Source: Styela clava | Lineage: Eukaryota | Length of the DNA stretch: 64,000 bases | Assembly (NCBI RefSeq): GCF_964204865.1 | Contig: NC_135252.1 | Span: 13,454,001 to 13,518,000 of the forward strand | Direction: 5' to 3' | In this document: one piece after another, positions 54,320 to 64,000 of the stretch | Position numbering within the stretch: position 1 is the first letter of the stretch | Layout of the letters: each line of letters begins with the position of its first letter | Notes under the pieces: model-generated | The model's database searches: none | What the model saw: the letters and a program-made list of their open reading frames with translations, nothing else | Told to the model about the DNA's origin: nothing | Made by a program: the position numbers and the translations under genes

Positions 54320-54568
54320 CATGGGTGGGCGAATTGTGGGCCGGATCTAGCCCACTGAAGCGTTTCATCTGAAACTAAGACTATAGTTTTCATGGATAGA
54401 AATTTCTGAACCCGATTGTGCTTATTGGTATATAAATGTTAGCCTAGCTTTTGTGAATAAAATGTTTTTTTTGTTCATAGTTTTTCCTATCGAGTTTTGA
54501 GATTCTGGCCCAGTAACTAAATCTATTATGAGTAACTGGCCCACTCAGAAAAGTAATTGCCCACCCCT
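54320..54568. mobile_element. Degenerate hAT-type MITE between RFC4 and MDM1
   Basis: GGGTGGGC.AATT / AATTGCCCACCC inverted ends; flanks ATATAAAC / ATCTAAAC. Confidence 0.5.
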
Positions 54569-55025
54569 ATCTAAACTGATTACCGGTAGCTTTTAAGATG
54601 CATATGTGGTCAAAAAATAGGGCGATCGGTACTTCGGTAATAAGACTGATTATATTATAAAAATCATTTTATTTGTGTAATTACATTAAGGTACATACAA
54701 ATATATATAAAATAATATCAAACCTACTTGAAGAAGACAAGTCTCATAAAATCACAATGTCTCCATGATGCATAGTTTCTTTTCAACTATGTATTATGAT
54801 GGGGTAGCCTAATTTTGAACAGAAAAATTGAGATACATGATTTAGAACCTATACCCTTTCAATGTCTGGAATTTATCACATCTGTTTTTGCTTAAGGCAA
54901 GAATCTGTGAAATTGATGTTTCTACATTTTGTTAGGACCTCTACACCTACAATTGGCAAATAATTATATATCAAGCAGCAATGACAGGTGCACAAAGTTT
55001 GGCACTGCACTTAAATCTAAATTGT

Positions 55026-57176
55026 TTATACAGTGGTCCAAAAACTCTTCCTCTCTTTTGCCCTTTGAAGTAACTCTGATGCACGCGCTGATGTCAATGA
55101 AGACGCAACAGATAGGACATCATCGTCTCTAGAAGCCATTACTGGTGTTGTTTGAGGTCTTCCTAGAGGACCACAGTGCTGGAATTCTTCACTTCTGAGT
55201 GATCCTTTAATTGGAGCCCTGATGTTTCGCAAGGAAGATACATGCCTTGTTACGATGGGGCTGGAGTTTGGTGGTGTCTGTTTTCTTTTCATTGGTGACT
55301 CCTTTTTTACAATAGGTGATTTTGCAGATGTGGATCGTTGGCCTTTTTCACGTGTGCATTTGACTGGTGCAGAGCGTGGGCTTAAACGAGTTAGAGTGTG
55401 TGTGCGACCTTTCAGAAGATTTTGTGCATCATATGTAGGGGCACCTGCAATAGGTGATGAATTTTCTTCTACAGGTTCTGAAGAGGCAAAGCTACCTGTG
55501 GAAGATTCATGACGAGATGGTGACACCAAAAGTGCCCCACCCTTTGACGGTGTTGTCAAGTCAAGATGGCTTCTTCGTGCACCGCCCATTGCTTGGAGTC
55601 TTGGTGTAGTTAGACGTCCTTCAAGAATCGACTGAGGTTCAACAGATAGGTCAGATTTTTTATCAGATTCCTCTTTATTATCATCAGGTTCACCCCACGC
55701 TAATTTCCTTGAAACTGAATCTCCAGTTGTTAGAGAAGTGTCATATTCTAAACTATCGACTTCAATTGCTGTTTCAGTATCAAGAGATTCGGTATGATCA
55801 CTCCCAATTTGAGACGCTTTGCTCCAGTTATCTTCTGCATCTTTTTCTTGTTCTTTAAGATCCTCTTGGTCAATCTCAGATTCGTTTTGTTCACTTTTTA
55901 AACCACTTCCATTAGAAGATGCTTCCCAGCATTTGTTGTATGGGGATGCAACTTGTGTTGCATGATATGGATCAATATGTGTTCCGAGGTGTTTCTGTTT
56001 GTTGTTCTCTGCCAAATTTCGTAACTCCCCTGCTTGTGAGACTTTTACTGCTTCAAATTGGGCTGCATATTCTGATTGCAAATCTTTTTTCTTTGCATGT
56101 GTAAAAAACGACTTTTGTGGATTCTGCAAATCTCTCACGCGAGCTTTCATTGATGGGGATGCAGGTGAAGTCTGGGATGGTCTGTTGATCAAAGGTGAAT
56201 CTTTGGCTTTGAAGTTTGATATGTATTCCGTAGTGGGACGAAATTTTATTCCCCCATGTGGTGGAATTGCAGGAGAAGAAGAATGCACAACATCAAGTGC
56301 AGAAAGTAGTGGAGATTGTTTTACTGCAAACTTGGGTGGCATAAAATTACGCTGATACTCCGATAATCTCGCCTTTGATGTTCTAGAGGGCTTGTTAGAC
56401 TGCAAACCAGCCTTGTGTTTGAGGGGAATATTTTCTTTAATTTGCTTTGACTTTTTTGAACTAGTCATGCTTTGTCTGGGTTGTTCTGAAATTTCTCTTT
56501 TACCCGGAGATGACTTGGGGCTTGGTTGAATCACTTTAGTCTTTGCATCATTACCTTTGGAACGTTTAGTTGGAGAATCAGTTTTTGATATTTGAGTAAT
56601 ATTTTTGCCTTTGTAAGAAGTTCCCTGTTTGAGACTTCGTTTGTCTCTTGGCACGTTCTTTTCATCACCCCTGTCTTTTTTTGAACCATCAATTTGCTTT
56701 GGTGATTTTTGAGACGACGATGGTACAAGCAAGTCAGCTCTTTTTTCTGCTTGAACATCTTTTCGTGGCGCAAGTATCACGCTACCATCTAAGCTGCGAC
56801 TTCTGTGTTGTTGAATAGCTTTGGTTTTCTCAGGAGATTTCTTATTTGTTAAACTTTTACGTTGCTTATCAGCTTTTACTATTGGTGATGCTGCACCTTT
56901 TTTTGTATGTGATATGGTTGCTGCAGATGACTTAATTTTCTCTTCAGTATCACTGTCAGGCCACCAAATAAGACAGCTCTGAATTTGAGGGTCTCTGTGC
57001 CAAACTTTCTTCTTCAATGTGAAACTTGGTTCCTGGGATGATGACACCTGGTCCGATCTCATGCCAGCATCTTTTGCTGTTTGATCTAGTTTCGGCACAA
57101 ATGAGCCGGAGCGGAATGACTGATTCCACTTATAGTTCCTCTTGTATTCGCTACTTCCTTTAAACAGAACAGGCAT
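55026..57176 (-). CDS. MDM1: Nuclear protein MDM1 (centriolar microtubule-binding) orthologue, intronless CDS, 716 aa
   Basis: Four SEY/TEY..xF repeats (SEYKRNY, SEYQRNF, TEYISNF, SEYAAQF); EPSF; GTH; GRL.TP.L....R.H.DLTTP..GGA.LVSP; C-terminal L.RA..R..FW. Confidence 0.88.
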   Translation of the reverse strand: MPVLFKGSSEYKRNYKWNQSFRSGSFVPKLDQTAKDAGMRSDQVSSSQEPSFTLKKKVWHRDPQIQSCLIWWPDSDTEEKIKSSAATISHTKKGAASPIVKADKQRKSLTNKKSPEKTKAIQQHRSRSLDGSVILAPRKDVQAEKRADLLVPSSSQKSPKQIDGSKKDRGDEKNVPRDKRSLKQGTSYKGKNITQISKTDSPTKRSKGNDAKTKVIQPSPKSSPGKREISEQPRQSMTSSKKSKQIKENIPLKHKAGLQSNKPSRTSKARLSEYQRNFMPPKFAVKQSPLLSALDVVHSSSPAIPPHGGIKFRPTTEYISNFKAKDSPLINRPSQTSPASPSMKARVRDLQNPQKSFFTHAKKKDLQSEYAAQFEAVKVSQAGELRNLAENNKQKHLGTHIDPYHATQVASPYNKCWEASSNGSGLKSEQNESEIDQEDLKEQEKDAEDNWSKASQIGSDHTESLDTETAIEVDSLEYDTSLTTGDSVSRKLAWGEPDDNKEESDKKSDLSVEPQSILEGRLTTPRLQAMGGARRSHLDLTTPSKGGALLVSPSRHESSTGSFASSEPVEENSSPIAGAPTYDAQNLLKGRTHTLTRLSPRSAPVKCTREKGQRSTSAKSPIVKKESPMKRKQTPPNSSPIVTRHVSSLRNIRAPIKGSLRSEEFQHCGPLGRPQTTPVMASRDDDVLSVASSLTSARASELLQRAKERKSFWTTV

Positions 57177-58549
57177 TTTGTCCTTCTTTTACCGTCTCTA
57201 CCAGTTCCGGAAACGTCCGAAATCCTAAGCGAAGCTTCCACAAATCCCAAAGTCTTCGTAACCAACGACGCTACCGTCAATCATTTTTGTGAATACAGCC
57301 TTACGATACAGCTCTTTAGTTCCCCCTGTGATTTAGATGAGTTTATTTCTACTCCATAATCAGCATAAAAGGCGATTAAATGATTGATAAAAACAATAAA
57401 TAAAACTGATTATTAAATCAGGGGAGCAAAATCGTACAAAATATAAGATGGAAGGTTTTGCCAAAAAGAAGTGGTACGTGTTCACTCACCTAATATTATT
57501 AACACACGCGCACGCACACAACCATTGGGCTATAATAATGTTAGAAAAAAGAGCTTTAGATAAATTTTATAGTAAACAAAAAATAAGTAAAAAAGAAATT
57601 AGAATAAAAATAAGAATTGTAATTAGAAATAAGAATTGTTTGCCACACCATTTTAAATTCCCAAATTGAGTACAGATTATGTAAACAAAAGTGGACAGTA
57701 TTTAATATGAAGACAAAAAGTAAAAAAAATTCGCCAAGCTGATTATAGTTGGAGTCAAATGCCAAATTGCCCAATCAAAGCTATTTAATCCTGCACTTCG
57801 CTAACTGGTCCGTAAAAAGGGCATATACGGAACTCAAATATTAAGGAATTTAATATTTATCAAGCTGGTAGTGTTTGTGATAAGTCAGACCGTAAATATA
57901 TACTACTACGGTCAGACCACTAAATGTCATTAAACACGAAAATAAGGCTATATGTATTTCTTAGGAGGTGGCAGATTATGAAAAACTAATAGGGCCGCAA
58001 AATTACACAGATGCCAATTCGCATAATGTATATGCTATATAATACTGACAAGTCGCTGTATACGCACAGAGGCCTAAAACGCCCAGAAGTTGTTATTTTG
58101 ATAATCCTTTTAGTTTAAATTTACAAGATAAATCCGCCAAGGTTTTTGTTTTAAAAAATTGGTTATCTGAGAGTTCAAGGCTGCAATCGGAGTCAAAAAG
58201 TTTTAAAACCGGAGTCGACGGTAAATTTTACCTATTCCCGACCCTACCAAAGTTACCCTAGCAGACATCTCTCAGCAGACATCTCTCTCGTTTTTGAACG
58301 CGCCGATCACTGTTGCCAGAACTCAGATTTCAATTGAGCGATGCGAGAATTTACGAAAAAGGCATCGATGCAAAATCAGCTGATGCTTTATGTGTTGCCA
58401 GATTAACCACAAAAACTGTGAATAATTGCCGAAAAATCACAGTTCTCCCCCAAATATAAGTGTCTCACAAATATATCCGCTTAGTATAAGAAAAATAAGT
58501 ATAAGTGCTTATAATGGGAAGTAAACACAACGAGTTTGACAAAGATTGG

Positions 58550-59500
58550 ATAGGTGGAAGAGATACTTATTATCGTTTAAACCTGTCCCAGTCGTCAATT
58601 TTTAATAAAATTGGTAAAAAGACCTATTCTGCCCCAAAAAGATGTGTCTTACAATCATGACCCTTTCCATTTATACATAAACAGCAGTAGTACATTTAAA
58701 GTGTTTATACAGCGAGTTTCAAAAAGTTTGTATGGGGGGAAGATATTTTTATTCTCGTTTAAACATGACCCGCTTGACAATTTATGATAGAAATGGCAAA
58801 AAGATCTCTTTTGCTCCAAAAAATGAGTGTCTTGCAATTACGGTCCCCACATTTACAAAGACCAGTAGTAGTACATATAATAAAGTGTTCATACAGCGAG
58901 TTTAAAAAAGTTTGTGTAGGGGGAAGATACTTTAATTATCGTTTAAACATGGCCCGCTAGTCAATTAATTATAGAAATGGCAAATAGACCTACTTTGTCC
59001 CAAAAAATGAGTGTCTTGCAGTTATGGGCCCCTCATTTGCACAAGACCAGCAATAGTACATATAATAAAGTGTTTATACAGCGAGTTTGAAAAAGTTTGT
59101 ATGGGGGGAAGATACTTTAATTATCGTGTAAACATGGCCCGCTAGTCAATTAATGATAGAAATGGCAAAAAGACCTACTTTGCCCCAAAAAAATGAGTGT
59201 CTTGCAGTTATGGGCCCCTCATTTACACAAGACCAGCAGTAGTACATATAATAAAGTGTTCACACAGCGAGTTTGAAAAAGTTTGTATGGGGGGAAGATA
59301 CTTTAATTATCGTTTAAACATGGCCCGCAAGTCAATCAATGATAGAAATGGCAAAAAGATCTACTTTGCCCCAAAAAATGAGTATCTTACAATTACGGGC
59401 CCCTCATTTACACAAGACCAGTAGTAGTACATATAATAAAGTGTTGATACAGCGAGTTTGAAAAAGTTTTTTATGGGGGGAAGATAATTTAATTATCGTA
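58550..59500 (+). repeat. Left-arm tandem array of element B, about 5 units of 185-186 bp
   Basis: AAACATGGCCCGC marker with GGCCC at 58951, 59136 and 59322. Confidence 0.9.
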
Positions 59501-59514
59501 ATTAGATAATTTAA

Positions 59515-60570
59515 TATCCTCTGGTCTAATTCTCTCGCATAAAGCTATGCAAAAACTTATTGCAAATGGTCCGCATGATGCACCTAACGTTTGTTGCTAG
59601 ACGGGAGGAAATTCAATCTGTAGTTTGTTTGTTCCTAATGTTGGCCGCATGAGAAGCGAAATAGCATATTTGTCATTTTCTGTGTATTTCAAGTACGAAC
59701 TATCATAGATTTGAATGGTATTCTGATTGAACGAAAATATCTTTGACGCAGCTACCCAGTGATTATCATGCACGAACAAAATTTGAATAAATTTTTTGAA
59801 GGGAGCGTAGACCTTTGGGCCAGATATTGTGGTATAAAGTGTCGTGTTTTGAAGGCCGTCAGCATTCGGGTACTGCGATGACAAAATTAGCGATGCGATA
59901 TTTATAATGTCCGATGTGAACCAATCCCTTCGGAAATTAGTATTGGAGCTCAATATTTCAAAGTCAACGTTGGACATATGTACCAAGTTTCGAAAATCAA
60001 TTTTGGGTGACCTAAATCGCAATGCCATTGACTTAGAAGACCCCTCACATATTATTTCCGTTTCCAATACAGCATTATCAAGCTATTCTATTGGGCAAGA
60101 AGCTTTCAGAGGTCTAGACGGTGGCTGTAAATATATACCTTTTGATTTATCATTACCCATATTTCTACATCTTTTACCCCATTTCTCAATTTCTTGGTCA
60201 ATTTGGTCTCTGTTATCGACTTTCCTTTTTTTTGGGACGAACAATCAAATTATCCTGATATTCCCTAATTAGGGAATCATGAAGTTGATCATACACTACA
60301 GCGATCTCGTCAAGACGTTTAAACCGCCTGTTGTTGAAACGAGTACGCTTTAGCTCCTGTTGACTTTTCTCCATGATTCCCTGTGTTCGATTATCTTTTG
60401 CTAAGTTCTGTTTGTTAGAGACCGATGATTTTGCGTAAAAATGCTTATACTTTTCATAGCCTATTGTTGTACCGTAAATATATACTACTGCGTTGTACCA
60501 AACCTGCCTAAATCACCTACTAGCAAAGCGCCCCATAGACAAATTTTGGGTACATAAAACGTTTTAAATT
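59515..60570 (-). pseudogene. Transposase C-terminal and Ulp1-like remnant of element B
   Basis: RRDWFTSDII..., IQILFVHDNHWV, IQIYDSSY; homologous to 33700-34760 of element A. Confidence 0.85.
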
Positions 60571-61064
60571 TAGTTCTTCCTTTATCTCTACCTGGTTTTA
60601 CTTTGAAATGCTTAAAGTTTGTCGCGTATTTGCAACTCGCCACGCAGAATTTTATATAGTTTATCGGTGTTTATTGGAATATTACGAATCCACCAGACGA
60701 TTCAAAGATCGAAATGTTCGCTTTTTTTCGTCTTCAAGTATAATATTAACCTTCTTTATTAAAATAAACACTGAAACTTATTTATTGGACAAGAAATGGG
60801 CCTATGAGTCGTTTTCCTAAATTTTTTCTTCCTAGTATTCTCCTTGTTGCTGCATTTTTGTTTTAAAAGTTTTTGTTCTTTTCAACTATTGGACCAATGA
60901 ACAATTCAGCGATCGCATTTCAACGATCCAGTGGTCAGCGAAGTCGGGAGTTTTTCAATAAAGTAGACCAGGGTGGTCCAAAGCCGTCATGCCGATACAT
61001 TCCGTGCGGCCCACAGAGCAATTTTAGCGTATATTTGTATCTGATAGCAGTATATTTCTATCAT

Positions 61065-62950
61065 TATTTGACTAGCGGGCCATGTTTAAACGATAATTAA
61101 AGTATCTTCCCCCCATACAAACTTTTTCAAACTCGCTGTATAAACACTTTATGATATGTACAACTACTGGTCTTGTGTAAATGAGGGGCCCGTAATTGCA
61201 AGACACTCATTTTTTGGAGCAAAAGAGGTCTTTTTGCCATTTCGATTCAAAAATTGACTATGGGCCATGTTTAATCGATATTTAAAGTATCTTCCCCCCA
61301 TACAAACTTTTTCAAACTCCCTGTATAAACACTTTATTATATGTACTACTACTGGTCTTTTGTAAACGTGGGGACCGTAATTGTAAGACACTCATTTTTT
61401 GGAGCAAAAGAGGTCTTTTGGCCATTTTTCTCATAAATTGACTATCGGGCCATGTTTATGCGATAATAAAAATATCTTCCCCCCATACAAACTTTTTCAA
61501 ACTCGCTGTATTAACACTTTATTATATGTACTATTACTGGTCTTTTGTAAATGTGGGGCCCATAACTGCAAGACACTCATTTTTTGGGGCAAAATAGGTA
61601 TTTTTGCTATTTCTATCATTAATTGAATAGCGGGCCATGTTTGAACAAGAATTAAAGTATTTTCCCCCATACAAAGTTTTTCAAACTCGCTGTGTTAACA
61701 CTTTATTATATGTACTACTATTGTTCTTTTGTAAATGTGGGGCCCATAACTGCAAGACACTCATTTTTTGGGGCAAAATAGGTATTTTTGCTATTTCTAT
61801 CATTAATTGCATAGCGGGCCATGTTTGAACAAGAATTAAAGTATTTTCCCCCCATACAAACTCGCTGTGTTAACACTTTAATATATTTACTACTGCTGGT
61901 CCTGTGTAAATGTGGGGCCCGTAATTGCAAGACACTCATTTTTCGGGGCAAATTAGGTCTTTTTGCCTTTTCCATCAATAATTGACTAGCGGGCCATGTT
62001 TATACGATAATTAAAGTATCTTCCCCCATACAAACTTTTTCAAACTCGCTGTATTAACACTTTATGATATGTACTACTACTGGTTTTGTGTAAATGAGGG
62101 GCCCGTAATTGCAAGACACTCATTTTTTGGAGCAAAAGAGGTCTTTTTGCCATTTCTATTCAAAAATTGACTATCGGGCCATGTTTAAGCGATTATAAAA
62201 ATATCTTCCCCACATACAAACTTTTTCAAACTCGCTGTATTAACACTTTATTATATGCACTACTACTGGTCTTTTGTAAATGTGGGGACCGTAATTGCAA
62301 GACACTCATTTTTTGGATCAGAAGAGGTCTTTTTGCCATTTCTATCATTAATTGACTAGCGGGCCATGTTTGAACAAGAATTAAAGTATCGTCCCCCCAT
62401 ACAAACATTTTCAAACTCGCTTTATAAACACTTTATTATGTGTACTACTACTGGTCTTTTGTAAACGTGGGGACCGTAATTGAAAGACATTCATTTTTTG
62501 GGGCAAAATAGGTCTTTTTGCCATTTCTATCAAAAATTGATTATCGGGCCATGTTTGGGTCATTAAAAAAATATTTTCCCCCATACAAAATTTTTCAAAC
62601 TCGCTGTATTAACACTTTAATATATGTACTACTACTGGTCTTTTGTAAATGTGGGGCCCGTAATTGCAAGACACTCATTTTTGGAGCAAAAGAGGTCTTT
62701 TTGCCATTTCTATCATAAATTGACAAGCGGTTCATGTTTAAACGAGAATAAAAATATCTTCCCCCCATACAAACTTTTTGAAACTCGTTGTATAAACACT
62801 TTATTAAATGTACCACTGCTGTTTATGTATAAATGGAGAGGACATGACTGTAAGACACATCTTTTTGGGGCAAAATAGTTTTTTTTCTACCAATTTTATT
62901 AAACATTGACGACTGGGACAGGTTCAAACGATAATGGGTATCTCTTCCAC
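61065..62950 (-). repeat. Right-arm tandem array of element B, about 10 units
   Basis: GGGCCATGTTT and CAAGACACTCATTTTT recur about every 185 bp; reverse complement of the left array. Confidence 0.9.
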
Positions 62951-64000
62951 CTATACAATCTTTGTTAAACTCGTTGTGTTTACTTCCTATTATAAGCACT
63001 TATACTTATCTTTCTTATACTAAGCGGATTTATTTGTGAGACGCTTATAATTTGGGGAGAACTGTTGTTTTTTTGGAAATTATTCACAGTTTCTATGATT
63101 AATCTGGCAACGCATAAAGCATCAGATAATTTTGCATCGATGCCTTTTCCGTAAACTCTCGCATCGCTCAATTGAAATCTGAGTTCTGGCGACGGTGATC
63201 GGCGCGTTAAAAAACGAGAGAGATGTCTGCTGAGAGATATCTGCTAGGGTAACTTTGGTCCCGACCCTGTCGTGCTTGTTAGGTCCCTACAGGGTCGCAT
63301 ACCGGTATCGGTATAATATAGGTAGGCATACCCAAAGCGTATAATATAATACTATATTTATAGTCACTTTGGGCATACCATACGCAGGGTTGCCATATTG
63401 GCTTTTTTAACGCCAAATTTGCCATTTTTCAAACGCGTTTGGCGTCAGAATTTCCGTTTGGCTTTTTTCAAGTCTATTCTAGTGTCTATTATTAAAAGCA
63501 TATGAAATACAATATTTAGTGTGTAACAACTGAACAATAGCCTATTACGGTACCTGTACTTAGCTACTTACCATTAGGATTTCCTGGAGCATCGATTTCC
63601 TTGTTTGTTACATTACCGTACCTCTTAACCATACCCAATAAGAAATAAGGGGTCTCATGTACTTTCTTACCTGAATAACTTCTAGTGGGCGTGGCGTAAC
63701 AATTTTGGATATATGATTCCTGACCCCTACCTGATGACGTCATCCAAAAATTACGTCACAATAACGAAATACAGCTTGCCAAAGTATAGCGACGTTCACC
63801 CGTGAATGACGCCTACGAGTATGTCAACAAACTCAATACGTCAGCGACCTCTCTCTTATCGGGGTCGTTGTGCAGAGCCCAAAATAAACAAGGATCACAA
63901 GCGACTAAATTGTCGCCAAAGAACGTTCACGATATCCCATTCTGACCAATTTCTGTCCAGCAATAGCTCATGTATCATGCTTCAATCTAATAGAGCGTTA

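Larger units (their letters stand above)
58246..63259 (-). mobile_element. Foldback-like MULE-type element B, internally deleted relative of element A
   Basis: Shares the terminal ~50 bp with element A; perfect 9-bp TSD CCCGACCCT (58237-58245, 63260-63268); inverted arms with ~185-bp arrays. Confidence 0.93.

Noticed and set aside
58655-63171. Many 60-86 aa ORFs in the element B arms (and 37252-37530 in element A)
   Set aside because: They are translations of tandem repeat units with no protein motifs

Overview
Eukaryotic, AT-rich animal DNA. Gene content and repeat style suggest an invertebrate chordate, probably an ascidian (inference, not confirmed). Host genes: (1) a six-exon gene for a secreted signal peptide/LRR/Thr-rich stalk/fibronectin type II protein (14348-20586); (2) a single-exon orphan 7TM receptor; (3) CZIB, PPIE, RFC4 and MDM1, all with uninterrupted CDSs; (4) a three-exon POLD4 on the minus strand that the ORF track misses. 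Much of the rest is transposons. There is a full-length but disabled I-group LINE with a 10-bp TSD, carrying a nested LINE/SINE 3' end. There is a 5'-truncated L1/Tx1 LINE plus a second fragment, several MITE families, and Helentron/DINE-1-like elements. The most striking features are two related Foldback-like Mutator-type elements (31410-38106 and 58246-63259). Each has a perfect 9-bp TSD and kilobase-scale inverted arms built from ~186-bp tandem units. The first encodes a decayed DDE transposase-Ulp1 protease-PHD fusion; the second keeps a deleted remnant of it. No CRISPR, rRNA or tRNA genes were recognised.
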